64,000 bases of DNA from Neocallimastix sp. 'constans' (lineage: Eukaryota), in NCBI GenBank assembly GCA_050613775.1, contig JBODTK010000106.1:434001-498000 (forward strand), read 5' to 3'. The notes beneath the pieces are model-generated. The model worked only from the letters and a program-made list of their open reading frames with translations, was not told the DNA's origin and searched no databases. Made by a program: the position numbers and the translations under genes. Positions 21,694 to 35,728 of this stretch are shown piece after piece. The number at the start of each line of letters is the position of its first letter. Within the stretch, counting starts at the first letter, position 1.

Positions 21694-24055
21694 ATTCTCA
21701 TTAATATTTACCATTCTCCATTTAATACACCCCATTTATTTCCATCATCGTAGGAAACATTGCAAGATTCGCAACATTTATATTTTGAAGAATTTGGACA
21801 TAAAGTATAAGTACTAGTACTTCTTAATGTGGTTCTTGTTGAAGTTCTGATTGATGTAATTTTTCTAGTTGAAGAAGAATATTTACTTGATTCAGATGAT
21901 TCTCCATTTAAATCAATATTTAATCCAGGGTTAACAATATTTTTATTTCCAGTTAAATTGTTCTTTAAATTAGTACAACTATTTGAATAAATTTAAAATA
22001 AATTATTATAAATACATATTATATTTATAAATTGATTAAGAAAATAATAACATTAATATTAATAAGAGAAGTTTTAATTACCTAAAGCTTTTAAATTTTT
22101 TATGAATAGTTGAAATTAATTCACTATCTTTTGTATCCTCTTCGATTTCCCACATCATCATTCCACCTAAGTTATATTTTATAACATAATCAGCTTTAAT
22201 TGATACTGATTCTGGATCATCATACGTAATAAATTGTCTGGTGTTCTTGTTGAACAGAAATGGAACACTAGACTTTGAATCCCATACACGAATCCAATTT
22301 CCAGTTGAATCTTTATAAGTTGATTTCATGATTGCTTTACGAATATTTTTATATTTCCAGGTAGAGCTGTATCTTTTTGAATTTGGATCAATGCTAATTG
22401 GATAAATTAAATATAACATATTAATAATTATTACTAATTAAGTTTACAATAATTATTAAAACAAAATTTAAATAAACTTTTAATATACTAACTAATCTTC
22501 TTCATCACCCTTTGGATGAGAGTTAGATGGTCTTTGAAGATAACCATTATTTGAAGAACTACCTGAAATCCACGATCTACCATAAGCAGGAATACCAACA
22601 ACAATTTTAGTAGCTGGGAATCTTGCGTTCATCCAATTTTTAACAGCACCTGCTAATGAATATCCACTGTCATCTTCAACAGTTGAATAAAGTGAAGAAT
22701 GATGTGATGTAACAGATGACCAACTACCAGCGAACTATATGAATTATCATAATAATTATATATTTAAAAAAAATTAGAATATATAATTTAATTTATGTTT
22801 TATTTTAAATTATAAAATATATAAATCAAAAAGGGGAAAAAAAATTTTTTTAATTAATTAAATAGTAAAATAATTTACATCATAAGCCATAATATTAATA
22901 TAGTCAAATAATTCAGCAAATTCAGACATATCTTCTAATGGTTTATAATTAACTTCAAATGTGTTGTATGGTACAGCAGCAGAAATAATTTTTGAATAAC
23001 CAATTGAGGCACGTAATTCTTGCAATAATTTTAATAAATTATTTGTATCATTTTTAGCATCGAAGCTTTAAAAAAAAAAAAAAAAAAAAAAAAAATAAGT
23101 ATATAATTTTATAAACATATACATATGTAATAATCAATTTTACTAACTTATCATCATAAGCACCACTTGTTCCTGGATATTCCCAATCAATATCTATACC
23201 ATCAGCACCACTAGCTTCTAGCATTCTTTTTACACTTTTAACAAATTTTGATCTATTAGAAGAAGAGGATGCCATTTTTGAATAATATCTACTACCTGTC
23301 CAACCACCAATTGACATTAATACCTTAATATTTTTATTATATTCATGTGCAGTTTCAACTAATTCTAAAAATTTACTTGAATCATATTCTAAGGAATAAT
23401 CACTTGAATTAATTTCAGCAAATGCTATTAATATTATAGATATTATATATATTAATATCTTCTATAAATTAATATAATTCATAATATTAAAAATAATAAT
23501 AATATAAATAACAAAAGTCTTTTGTTTTTCTTCTTTTTATTTTTTCAAACTTATTACCATAATTTATATGAGTAAGTTTATTAAATGGAATATTCTTTGG
23601 TGGAAAATTATAATACTTCCATTCTGGATAATACACAATTATTGATTTTGATAAATTTTTGCATTCTTCTTCAATATCTGATGAAGTAGTTGAAGTCGAA
23701 ACTATTTTTTTCTCACTATTTGGAGTATCAAAACTTATATTATTACATCTACCGTAATCCAATTGACACTTATAATCACAATATTCACTAGTTGTACCAC
23801 ACCAACCATACTGTGAACTATTATATAAATATACATAATGTTGTTATAATTGAATATTATATATATATATATATATTTTTTTTTGTAATAAAACTATTAT
23901 TACCAAGTAATAAATATATAAATATATAAATATATAAATAATTACCAGCATTCATTATTTGGGCATGAACCATAACCTTTACCACATTTATTAGCTTTAA
24001 TTAATGAAGTTGATAATAAAGCAAATAATTCAAAAAACTTTATAATTCTTATCAT
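21270..24055 (-). CDS. Secreted GH18 chitinase: signal peptide, CBM18 (hevein), GH18, linker, two fungal dockerins (copy 1)
   Basis: MIRIIKFFELFALL..KA signal. CGKGYGSCPNNECCSQYGWCGTTSEYC (CBM18). YYPEW, THINYAF, SIGGW, DGIDIDWEYP, IMAYD, ITYDDPES, LGGMMMWE. C-terminal CC..C...D..KWGV.NGEWC and CWAEAYGYSCC...WGIENGRWCGIP. Multiple GT-AG introns. Confidence 0.92.
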
Positions 24056-24799
24056 TTTTTATTTAATATTTGGATTATCAACTATTTTACAATGAAAAAT
24101 ATATATATGTATAACGTATATTTTCAAAGTTTTAATAATTATTAATTTAGAATATTAGTATATAAAAATAAATTTTATATATTGGATATAATATTATAAA
24201 AAGAAAGATGAAAATAAAAATTATGAAGAAATCAACATCATTTTATAATAAAAATATTATAAGATATATAGATACAAATTTTTTCACTTCATTATTTTTT
24301 TTTTTTTAATAATAATAAATTAAATAATTAATTTAATAAATCAATATATATTAAATTTATTATTTGGAGAATAATAACGAAATTCTGAAATACAAAAATT
24401 TCTATCCTTAAAAAATAGTATTTTAAATCTATATATGGTAAGATTTAATATTAAATTTAATCAGCAATATTCCAGAATAATTTATATAAGATCCCTAAAT
24501 AATAATATTAATTAAAATTTAATTTTTAAATGTAAACAATTAATAATATATTAAAAGACGTTTACTATTAAATTTTAATAGACATAATATATTATTATAA
24601 TTTAAAACAGTATATAATTAAATAAATTAATGTTATTTTTTAAAATTACAATATATATTTTGTTTATATTTATAAATTTTGTTTTTATTTAAAATTTTTA
24701 AAAACTTTTTTTTTAAATTTTTTATCTTCTAATAAATTTTAAAAAATGAATAGACCGTTAGTGAATTTTAATACAAACTGTATCTAATAATAAATGAAA

Positions 24800-25244
24800 A
24801 AAACATAGACTTGCACATATGGGTACCCATCTCCCATATGGCCATACAGTTATTAATTAACTGTAAGGTGATGAGTTATTGGCATACTGTATCAGCTTCG
24901 CCGCTCTCAATCGTCGTTACACACTGCCCGGAGATGCATTCCTAACGTTCCTACATATATCTCTAATGACCACGAGCATCAGAACGGAACCATTAACTCC
25001 TCCCTAGTGGGTGTAATCATTGGCGATTGGAAATTTTACAATCATCAAGGTCTATGCTTCAATTCAAAGCGTAGTATCAGGGTTGGGTGAAATAATCATC
25101 TGAGGGAAAGCCTTATGGACATCACGTGTGGTCTCATGATATCCCAGGATAGAAACCTCATCCGATTATTTGGTGCCATGCCGAGGATTCGAACCCCGCC
25201 CTCTACAGTGACCTGTATCGTCCTAACCGACTGGACCAACATGG
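24800..25244 (-). mobile_element. tRNA-derived SINE-like element, 445 bp, 14-bp TSD
   Basis: Minus strand begins CCATGTTGGTCCAGTCGGTTAGGACG..GTCA..GGTTCGAATCC..GCATGGCACCA (A box, B box, acceptor stem, CCA). GC-rich body ends GTCTATGTTTT. AATAATAAATGAAA occurs on both sides (24786-24799, 25245-25258). Confidence 0.85.
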
Positions 25245-25899
25245 AATAATAAATGAAATTAGTGATAAAAAAAAAAGTTCAAAATATAAAATATAATATA
25301 TTAAGATTTTATTTATTTATAATTTTTTTATTACAGCTTTTAGTAACATTTAAAAATATTAATAAAATCGATAATAAAAAAAAAAGGAATATAATATAAT
25401 TGTTTATAATAATTATACTACTTATATATAAGAAATAAACAATCTATACACAAATACACAAATACTATACATAAATAGATATGCATTATTATATATATAT
25501 ATAATTATATCTATAAAATAACCTTTTTTATAAAACAAATAATATAAATAACCACTTAATTTTTAAATTTATAAATATTAATAAAATCAATAATGAAAAA
25601 AGTAATCAGATAATTATTTGTCAAATACTGTTTTACATTAAAGTTTAAATAATTTTAATAATTTCTAATAGTTACAAAATGAAATAATTAAATAAAATAT
25701 AGAAAAAACTATTAATAAAATAATATCATTATTATAAATTATTCTCATCATTGGATAAATCAACTTAAATTTCGTTATAAGAAAAATAAAATGAAATATT
25801 ATCTTTTGATTTTTCTAATGAAAAATTTTCATTTTTTTTTATATTATTACAAAACTTTTAACAAATCAGTAAAAAGATTAAACCAATTAAAAGTAATGA

Positions 25900-26240
25900 T
25901 AATAATAATAATAATTATTATTATTATTTATTATTTATTATTATTATTATTTATTATTATTTCTTATTATTAATTATTTATTATTATTATTATTTATTAT
26001 TATTTCTTATTATTATTATTTCTTATTATTATTATTTATTATTATTTCTTATTATTATTTATTATTATTATTATTTATTATTATTTCTTATTATTATTAT
26101 TTATTATTATTATTATTTATTATTATTTCTTATTATTATTATTTATTATTATTATTATTATTTATTATTATTTATTATTATTTATTATTATTTATTATTA
26201 TTTATTATTATTTATTATTATTTATTATTATCTTTATTAT
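25900..26240. repeat. Compound (TTA)n / TTTATTATTA microsatellite
   Basis: Directly visible. Confidence 0.85.
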
Positions 26241-26780
26241 TATAATTATATTTTTATATTTCCATCGATATTAAAAATTATAAACATTATGTAATTTATT
26301 TAATACAAATATATATTATTAATTATTATTATTATTAATTTTTTTAATCACCTATTAATTTTTCATGTTGGAATTTCTTATTTCTATTCAAAAATAAAAA
26401 TTAATAATAATAATTAGAATATTTTAATGAATTAACAGAAAATTCTGTCCCTAAAATATAACAAATTATTATAATTTAATAATTTTTCATTCATTTTATT
26501 AATATTATAAATTCATTTTTCATAAATAAAAGTTATTTATATAATTTTAAATCAATATGTATGATATTAACCCCAATTTAATTATATACAATAAAAAATA
26601 ATATATCAATCTGATGATTTATATAATTTAATGAAACATAACTTTTGAATTATTTCAATTAATTATATTTTTATTATTATTATGTATTAAATCACTATTA
26701 TTTATTATAATCAAAAACTTTTTTTTTATTGTTAGGAAACATATATATTTGAGTTTTAAATTATATTTAAATTATTTATT

Positions 26781-26851
<71 letters not shown>

Positions 26852-27286
26852 TTATAAGTATGATTGATACTTATAATAATTAATAATATTTAATTATATT
26901 AATAAAATGACTACTTTTTATTTTATATTTTAAATTTTTAAATAATTTCTGTCATAATATATTTACATAAATACCGAATTAATATATTTCAATAATAAAT
27001 AATAAATTATCAATAATATATGCCAAAATATTTTTGTTAATTTATATGTTTGTCATTAACCAACTGTCATAAATTAATATAATTATAATAATTATATATT
27101 ATATATCATTTTTAACAATTTCCCCTATTTATTATATATTATATATTAAAAAAAATTATTTAGAATATACCAATATATTCCATATTCTATATTTATATTA
27201 ATAACAAAATAAAATGAATAAAAAAAAAAAATTACTATATCATATTAATCAATATTTCATTTCATTTAATTTGTTATAATAATTTT

Positions 27287-27325
<39 letters not shown>

Positions 27326-27649
27326 TTCATTTATTCATTTACTTGTTTGTTTGTTTGTTTATATAAATAATATATATAATATTAATTTATACTATATATT
27401 TAAAAATAAAATTAATATATATTTAAAATTAATGACATTTCAAAAAGGTTAATTATTGGAAATTATATAATTTTATTAATATTTCCATAAAAGCTGTTTT
27501 AAAGTTTATTTTATTTAATAAATAGTGATATAAATATCATTTTAAATCAATGTAAATTTCATTGTATATAACAACTATAAATCAAAGTTTATAAAAAATA
27601 ATATTCACATTTTAATAAAGAAAAAAAAGAAAAATATTATTTAATGTTT

Positions 27650-27689
<40 letters not shown>

Positions 27690-28054
27690 AATATACTACT
27701 TAACTTAAAAATTTTAATTAATGTGAAAATACTTATAAATTATAATGAAAAAATTAGCTCTTCATATTTTAATATGCAATTTTAAAAAATATAATAAAAT
27801 TTTAATAATAACTATTTATTTAGATGATATTATTTATAACAGCTTTAATATATCTTTATGCTTTAATAATTTATAAATACTTTATTAATATATAATTTAA
27901 TTAGAACAAATAACACCTTCAGGAATAGCTTTCTTACTTCAATACTATGTAAAATCATAATGTACATAAAGTTAAGTGTAAACCTTAACAGTATCTATTA
28001 CAGCTGTTAAGAGTATAATTTTCATAATCAAAATCTTTAAATATATTTATATGA

Positions 28055-29071
28055 CTCATTTGTAAATAGAATTATAAAATAAAACTATTATATTTTAGTA
28101 AAATTAATATTCCTTATATAATAATATAAATTAAAGTATGTGGTAACTTTTTTTTTTTATTAATAATATTATTATTACTGCCAAATATATGCATTTTATG
28201 TTCAAAAACATAGTCATTTTTGCAGAATGTTTATATAAAAATATATTAGCAAAATGTGTTGTAAAAATGGCATACAAATACAATCATTCAACCATATTGT
28301 TCATATAAATAATATATGCAGAAATACAGCAAAGTTATGCAAAAAACCTAGCTAGTTGATCATCATATGTTTTTGATCGTTCAACTGGTCAAAAACATGC
28401 TTCAGAATTTTTATAAAAACTAGCTAGGTTTTTGCAAAAATACTTCAAAATACTATCATTTATATATAATCATCACAGTTTTGAAGTTCATTGAATTCTG
28501 AATTTATATTAAATTAATTGAACAACATCCCAGTTTTGTCATTTATTAAACTTCAAAAACATCATCAATTATAGTATTTCATAGCTGTTTTGTTCATTGA
28601 ATTAATTAGGCCTGAAAATATTAATTAAAATATACTGGTTTTTATCATTTATTTTATCAAAAAATATGCTACAACATCTATTGATTAAGCCTTCCAAATT
28701 TAGATATATATCAACAATATGGTTTTTATCATCAAATATATGCAAAAATACTATGATTTTAAACTCAGAAAACACACAAAGAATCCGTTACGCAATGCTG
28801 CTCATGGAGACAAGCGAGAAAATCGAGCATGGAACCCAGTGGAACTGCGTAGATTTGTCGAGATTAGTCGGGAGTGAGCAAATGTAGTAACCAAACAATC
28901 CAAAAAAAAAATAAAAAATAAAAAAACAAGTGTTTTCTGAGTTCCTCATTTGTAAATAGAATTATAAAATAAAACTATTATATTTTAGTAAAATTAATAT
29001 TCCTTATATAATAATATAAATTAAAGTATGTGTTAACTTTTTTTTTTATTAATAATAATATTATTATTACT
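28055..29071. mobile_element. Unclassified palindromic repeat element flanked by a ~125-bp direct duplication
   Basis: 28055-28179 is repeated at 28945-29071. Interior has inverted repeats 28762-28775/28930-28943 and ~28339-28357/~28418-28436. Part 28571-28899 recurs at 58897-59226. Confidence 0.7.
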
Positions 29072-29149
29072 AAGTATTATTGCTTAAATTAATTAACAAT
29101 ATTTTATTATTTATTTGATAAATTTAATACTATATTGATATAAACATGA

Positions 29150-30331
29150 ATTACAGTGATTAAAACATTAAAGCATAATAAATATTAAATTGATGACCAG
29201 AAAAAACAAGTAATACTAACTACCATATCACTAAAGATAACCACAATGATACACTCTCAGTGAAATGATCAAAATTCAATGGTTTTTATAGAATATAAAT
29301 TAGAAGATAACTCAGTTGTTATAAATCCAAGTATACACTGGTATTTAAGAAAGTGGAAAACTAACAGTTGGAAAAAGGAAAGCATAAATTAAAGCTAATA
29401 CAATACAGCTCAAATAAAAGAATTGTAGAATTGTAGGACTACAAATTAAAATTGGTTTATCTTCTTTATCAGTATAATTTTTAATGATTAAATGATTAAC
29501 ATATTGGAACATTAAATTTAATAAAAGTAGACACCATTCAATATGAAAAAGAAGAAAACCATCTTCGCAGTCTTCTCGAATACCATCAGCCATCCAATAA
29601 ATCAAAAATATATTAATGAAAAAGCATATATAATCTTCAAGTTAACGGTCATTAAAACAATTACTAAAATAGGTGGTAAATACCCAAATTTGTAAAATAT
29701 TTACAAAAGATAAAAAATATAATGGAAGTAAACTGTAATCAGTAAATTCATGAGTCATAGGATGAAGAAGTGCAATTAATATATTAATACAGTAAAAACA
29801 AAAATAAATTCATAAAGAAGTTCAATATATTCAACTTTTTTATCTTTCTCCTCAGTAATTTTTACTTCTTCTTTTAAATTTTCTTTCATACAATGGATTA
29901 CTTATTTTAATTTCATGATTAAAACTACAAATATAAAGAATAAATTCTTTAATATTAAGAATTTCTAATACCTTTTTACCAACACTTCTTATATTTCTCA
30001 TAGAAATTACATCATAAGGTGAATCGGTTAATTGAATACCAACAGTATAAATTGAACACATTAAAAATGAAATTATATAGAGAGTTCTACCTTTCATAAT
30101 ACCATCGAAAAAAGATTTAAGATTATTATTTATTTCTTTTGGTAATTTTTTTTAACTAAATAAGCATATATGCATTTATTCAAAGAAGTAATATCTTTTT
30201 CATTTTTAATTTTTGTAATAGGTTTTTTTTTATCATCCGCTGTAACCATTAAAATATTAATTATTTCTTTTTTGATATTCTTCATCAGAATCCTCACAAA
30301 ACCAAACATCTTCTGGTTTTAAAAAATCCAT
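29150..30331 (-). pseudogene. Degenerate multi-pass membrane protein gene, weak LtrA-like resemblance
   Basis: Hydrophobic ORF pieces (29852-30097, 29345-29605) separated by stops and frameshifts. The segment QIWVFTTYFSNCFND recalls the LtrA W..T...NRF.D pattern from memory only. Confidence 0.35.
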
Positions 30332-32603
30332 TTTTTCTTAATACCTATTGTTTTAATTTTTCATTTTTCAATTAAATAATAATTACGATAATTAATTAAT
30401 CTATCAATTAAAATACTTTTTTAATTTCATTTTTATATGTATTACTCCTCTATGATATTAAAATTTTATAGTATATTTAATAATAATAACATTAATAATA
30501 TTTAAAAAAAAAAAAAAAAAAAATTAAAATTGTTCTTTATTGAATTAGAATCTATATTAGTTTACCTAATTTGGTAATATTATATCTAATATGTAATCTA
30601 GAGATATATGAAATATATTTCATATAAAATATTATATTATATATATTATTTATTTAATGGTGTAAATCTATACTATCAATAATATTAAAACTTGTATTAG
30701 AATAATAATACATAAATAAATGTAATATTATATCTTAAAATAATATAAAAAGTCTTTTTTATAATAAAAACTATGTATTTATATATTTATATGTATATTT
30801 TATTAACTAATTATTATTTTAAATGTTAATAAAATAATAAATAAAATAAATAATATGTGTGCATATGTACGCAATATTTATATAAATATTTTTTTTTATT
30901 AAGACTAGGAATAAACTTTATAATATTTAATTAAAAGAATGCATGAAAATAAAATAAAATAAAATAAAATAAAAAAAAAAAAAAAAAAAAAAAAAGTTTT
31001 AAGTTTTGAGATCGAAAAGGTCTCTAGCTCTTCCAATTCATAGATGATAACTTCTTGCAAATTAATATTATTATCAGAATCTATATCAGAATTTCTTCTT
31101 TATCTTATCCGCACTCTTGAAAAAGGTAGGTTCAATAGTACATTTTGATCTTGATCATATTATAATAACCACTAATCATAATTGGCATAACATTAGTAAA
31201 AATTTCTCAAACCTCACAAAAATATGAAATGGAGAAAGAAAATCCTTTCAAAAGTAATTTTGAAATATTATTAAATATTTTCTTTCCCCGAATTGATCGA
31301 TAAGATTTCGAATTCTACGAGTATTCTATTTGAATTATTATATATAAAAGTAAAAAAATTTTTTTTTTCTTTATTAAAATCTTTTCTTTCATATTTATAT
31401 TTTGTATCCGTGTGCTTATAATATTCGTTATTATCAAAATGTTTTTTTTTTATAACTTTTTTAGTCAATATTTAATTCAGTTTTTTCTTTTTTATATTTT
31501 TTTTCTAATAAAAATTTTCTTCATAGAATTTTTTTTATATATTCCTGAAAACTTGTGAATTCTGCTTCTAATGTAAAAAAAAGTCAAACATTTATTTTGG
31601 TGTTGGGAGTTCTCATTATATTGAACATTTTCCTATTGTGTATATATATTATTAATTGAATATCTTGCTTCTTTATGTGTCAAAGTAATATTCTAATAAA
31701 TAACAATTATTATTACAATGAATGAATAAATCTTTAATATATTTAAAGTATTGTTAAGTCACGTTGACAGTTTTCTATATTCTTATTTTGTTTTATTCAT
31801 TTATTATCTTTAAGTAATATTTTAATATAATCCTTTTAGTTTATTTAATTATCTTATTTCATTCTGATAATATTTATTAATATTTTTTTTTATTTTCCAT
31901 GCATGCAATTTTTTTTTTTTTTTTTTTACCATTACCTTTTATTTTCACAAATTATTTAAATTATTTCATTATTATCATCAATTATTAAAATAATGTCAAT
32001 GCAAAATTAAAATATTAAACAAAGATAGTTACTATTATATATTTTTAAAAAAAATATTAACAATTATCACTATCAAACGGTTTTAAATCTATACTTGATT
32101 TTTTTTGTTAAACTATTTTTTCAATATAATATGAAATAATTAAGAAAAGAAAAAACTATTAGTAGACTTTATCATTTTAATTCCCAAAAATTATATGAAA
32201 AGAAAAATAATATTAAAGCTTTAATAATAGAAAATGATTCTAGATTTTAAATAAATTGAACTTCTTTATCTGAGACATATAAAAAAAATAGAATATGAAA
32301 AAAACAAATTTTGACTAAAAAGGTTTAAAAAATAAAATATAAAAAAAAAAAAATTATTAAAAATCGAATTAAAATAATTTTGGTATCATTTTAATTTTTT
32401 TTTTTTTTAAACTAGGAATAAACTTTATTTAATAATATTAATTAAAAAAAATACATAAAATTTTTATATTATTATTAAAGGCTTCATTATGAACTTCAAG
32501 GACGAAATGCCCTCTAATCCGCTTCCCATTCATCGATAATAACTTCATGTACTTCTTTAAATTAATTTTTACAATCACATAAATTCACATTTCACTCTTT
32601 CAA

Positions 32604-32782
32604 TTCGCCAAGTTGCATTTTGCCAAGTTGAAAATTATTAAATAAATAAATAAAATTAAATATTATTAATATCGAATAAAAACAATTTTAAAGAAAATTA
32701 TTTTGAATTAATATTTATTTATTCATTTATTTATATCAATACATCTGTTGTCGAAATGCAACCTGGCGAAATGCAACTCTCC
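32604..32782. mobile_element. MITE/MULE-like remnant with iterated inverted repeats
   Basis: TTCGCCAAGTTGCATTT at ~32604 versus AAATGCAACCTGGCGAA at ~32754 (one mismatch), with each motif iterated. No TSD found. Confidence 0.55.
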
Positions 32783-32994
32783 CTTTTAATATCGTATATT
32801 TTGAATAAATCTATTAAATATTAAAATCTAGAATTAGGTATATCAAATATATAAAGGAAAAAGTATTTTGATAAATTTAATATAAATTTAATATTTTTAA
32901 AGTTAAAAATAAGAAAACATCATATATTTATTGCTTCTTGATAATACTTCTCATTTTGATGTAAAGATAATACGATATCTTTTTATTTCTATGG

Positions 32995-33078
32995 TCAAAG
33001 TATACGGAAGTGTTGTGACTACTACAATATTACCATGCCTTGAGAGAGGGCTGAAAATAAGGGCAGCACACACCGGAA

Positions 33079-33124
<46 letters not shown>
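32995..33124 (+). mobile_element. Short poly(A)-tailed retroposed fragment, related to 34720-34815
   Basis: GC-richer ~85 nt followed by a ~40-nt A tract. Aligns by eye with the 3' end of the 34500-34815 element. Confidence 0.5.
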
Positions 33125-33126
<2 letters not shown>

Positions 33127-34499
33127 TTAATTTTAAAATTCAATTCATCAACAATCTTATAAAAAATAAATTATTTAAAAAAAATTTCTATTAATTATTA
33201 TATAAATAAAAACAAAATTTTTTTTTTATAATTATTTTCTTCAATAAATTGTCTATACTTTTTTTTAAAAAAAAAAAAAAAATAAGTGAATAATAAAATT
33301 TTATTAATTAAAAAAAATTATAATACTCTATCAATATTATATTTTGAATAAATTCATTGCATTAAAAACGATTTTGTTTGATATTCAAGAAATTTAAGAT
33401 TCAAATAAGTGAATACTTTTAATGAATTAAAATTTTATTAAAATATATTTGATTGTTTTTTTATAATTATATAGAAATATTTTTTTTACATATTTAACTA
33501 CTTTTTTTTTATTAGTAATTATTATAGAATTTGAATATTTAAACTTGGTTAATTATTTTTTACACCAAAGAATCAGTTGATATTGCTTTTCATTAAAAAA
33601 AAAATAAAAAAAAAAAAGAATTAAAATTATCATAATTTTTATTTTATATTAAAAATTATAAAAAATAACTTTATTTAATAATATTTAATAGGACCAAAAA
33701 TAATACATCATATACATAATATATAAATACTATTTTTTTTTTTTAAATATTATTTATATATATTTATATAATTTTAAGTTAAGAATTTCGTTTTTATTAT
33801 AAAAAATTTTTATATAGGTTAAATAATAAACAGGTTAACTAAATTTAATTAGTAAAAATTAATTTATATATAATAATTTTTATAATGTTCTATTTTAGTT
33901 ATTTTCAATAAAGTTTCATGATAAAGTGTTATATTTAGGGAATAAACTTTGATCGTTTACTTTAAATATAATATAAATTAGATACAAATATATCTTGAAT
34001 GCTAAGGGTGGATTGAAGAAAGATTAATTAATTAATTAATTATAAATATTAATATATATTATCATAAAATTAAATGATATAACAAAATAAATAAAATAAG
34101 TTTAATTTCATTAATTAATTATTGACTAATAATTTAATTTTAATTAATATAAAAAAAAAGAAATATAAATAATGAAAAAGAGAAATAATAACTAATATTA
34201 AATTCTTTTTTTATATTCGATATTGGTAAAAATTTAATACGCATTTTTAATATAGTTATTATTGTTTTTTTTTTTTTTTTTTTTATGAATTTATGAATTT
34301 ATGAATTTACTAAATATTTTGAAATTTGTTAATTATCATATTTATTATATTTATAGGTAAACAAATACATGAATATATACATTATTTTGGTTATAGAAAC
34401 TTTGATTTGTTTGAGAATTTTCTTTACGGAATCAAACTTTTTTCATTTTACTTATTTTAGATTATTTATCATAAAACTTAAAATTATAGGTTCAATTTT

Positions 34500-34815
34500 C
34501 TTAACCTTATTATAACTTAAGAACCATGTTCTATTCTGAGTTGATCCCACCTGATGACCATTTTCTAGGTTTTCTTTATAAGAGGTTCTTATAGAAAATT
34601 GTGGTTAAGGTTACAGGTTAAGTATATCCCTTATATATATAATTAATCTATGTCTCCTAGATAAGATACTGTCCTAACTGTGGGCTTGAGAGGGTTGGAC
34701 AAGTATTGTAATTTAATATATATACAAGGGAATTGTTGTTACTACCTCAATATTTCTGATGCCCCTGAGAGGAGCTGAAACCAAAAGCGATACATACCGA
34801 AAATAAAAAAAAAAA
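34500..34815 (+). mobile_element. Structured, poly(A)-ended SINE/LINE-tail-like element
   Basis: Several self-complementary pairs (TAAGAACC/GGTTCTTA, TCCCTTATATATAT/ATATATACAAGGGA). Terminal A tract and a 3' end shared with 32995-33124. Confidence 0.5.
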
Positions 34816-35718
34816 TTATTACTTAAAACTAAAAAAAAAAAAAAATTAAAATAATTAATGAACCAGTTAATGTATATTAATATATAAATATAAAGTAATG
34901 AACAAATCTATTTAAATATTTAGCAATATAAAAAAAATTATGGGAAATTAGTAAAGATAATTGATTATTTGAAATATATACTATTATTGATGGAGTTAAA
35001 TTATAATATAAATAATAATAATAATAATATAAATATTAAAAATTTAACTCAACATATTTGAAAAGATTAAGAGGAACTGAAAAATTTAAAGTTTAAATTT
35101 ATCTTCGGAATAATAAACAATTAATTTAAATTTATTATTTAACTTTTTAATATATTATATATACACTATTCATATATTATCTATAATATATATTAATATA
35201 TTAATATAAATAAGGGATTATAATTAATTTATTTATCTTATTCAATATAATTGTATTTATATCAATATATAAATAGTAATAGAAATAAAGAAAAAGTATT
35301 CTTTATCGATATATAAATTAAAAAAAATATAATACTATTGAATAATATTCTTTATATATAATTGATGTATATATAAATATATTATATATTTATTAAATTA
35401 TATAAAATATATATGAATTATATAAATAAATTTAAATAAAATTCTATTTTTCTATATAACAAAATAGTATATCAATCGCACGAAAATATTTATATATGAA
35501 CATTATAAATAAATATATTACATGGATAATATTTATTTCAAGTAGAGATAATATAATATTAATATTATTTAAATATATTATATATAATTAAAGCAATATA
35601 TAAACATATATATTAAAATATAAAGATTTAATAATTTCAATTTTTAAAATTTAGAAAATTATAGAATTAGAATAAATTATTTATTAATTTATTTTTTTTT
35701 TCATTTCAAAAAAAAAAA

Positions 35719-35728
35719 GTATATAAAG
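35719..35728 (+). promoter_or_regulatory. Candidate TATA box for the 86-aa ORF
   Basis: GTATATAAAG about 150 nt upstream of ATG 35871. Weak evidence in such AT-rich DNA. Confidence 0.3.

Noticed and set aside
25171..25245. Functional tRNA-Asp gene
   Set aside because: The anticodon loop is collapsed to about 4 nt, there is no terminator after the tRNA, and the unit sits inside a TSD-flanked element.
28666..28887. 73-aa ORF
   Set aside because: Lies in a repeat whose second copy has frame-breaking indels.
30900..32550. Diverged repeated segments (30905/32412, 31005/32490) and short ORF 31271-31468
   Set aside because: Probably old transposon debris; no definable ends or recognisable motif.
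34551..34780. Hammerhead ribozyme or C/D snoRNA suggested by CTGATGA, CTGA and GAAAC motifs
   Set aside because: CTGATGA at 34551 is not followed by stem II plus GAAA, and the downstream CTGATG lacks the conserved A. I could not assemble a valid core or box pair.
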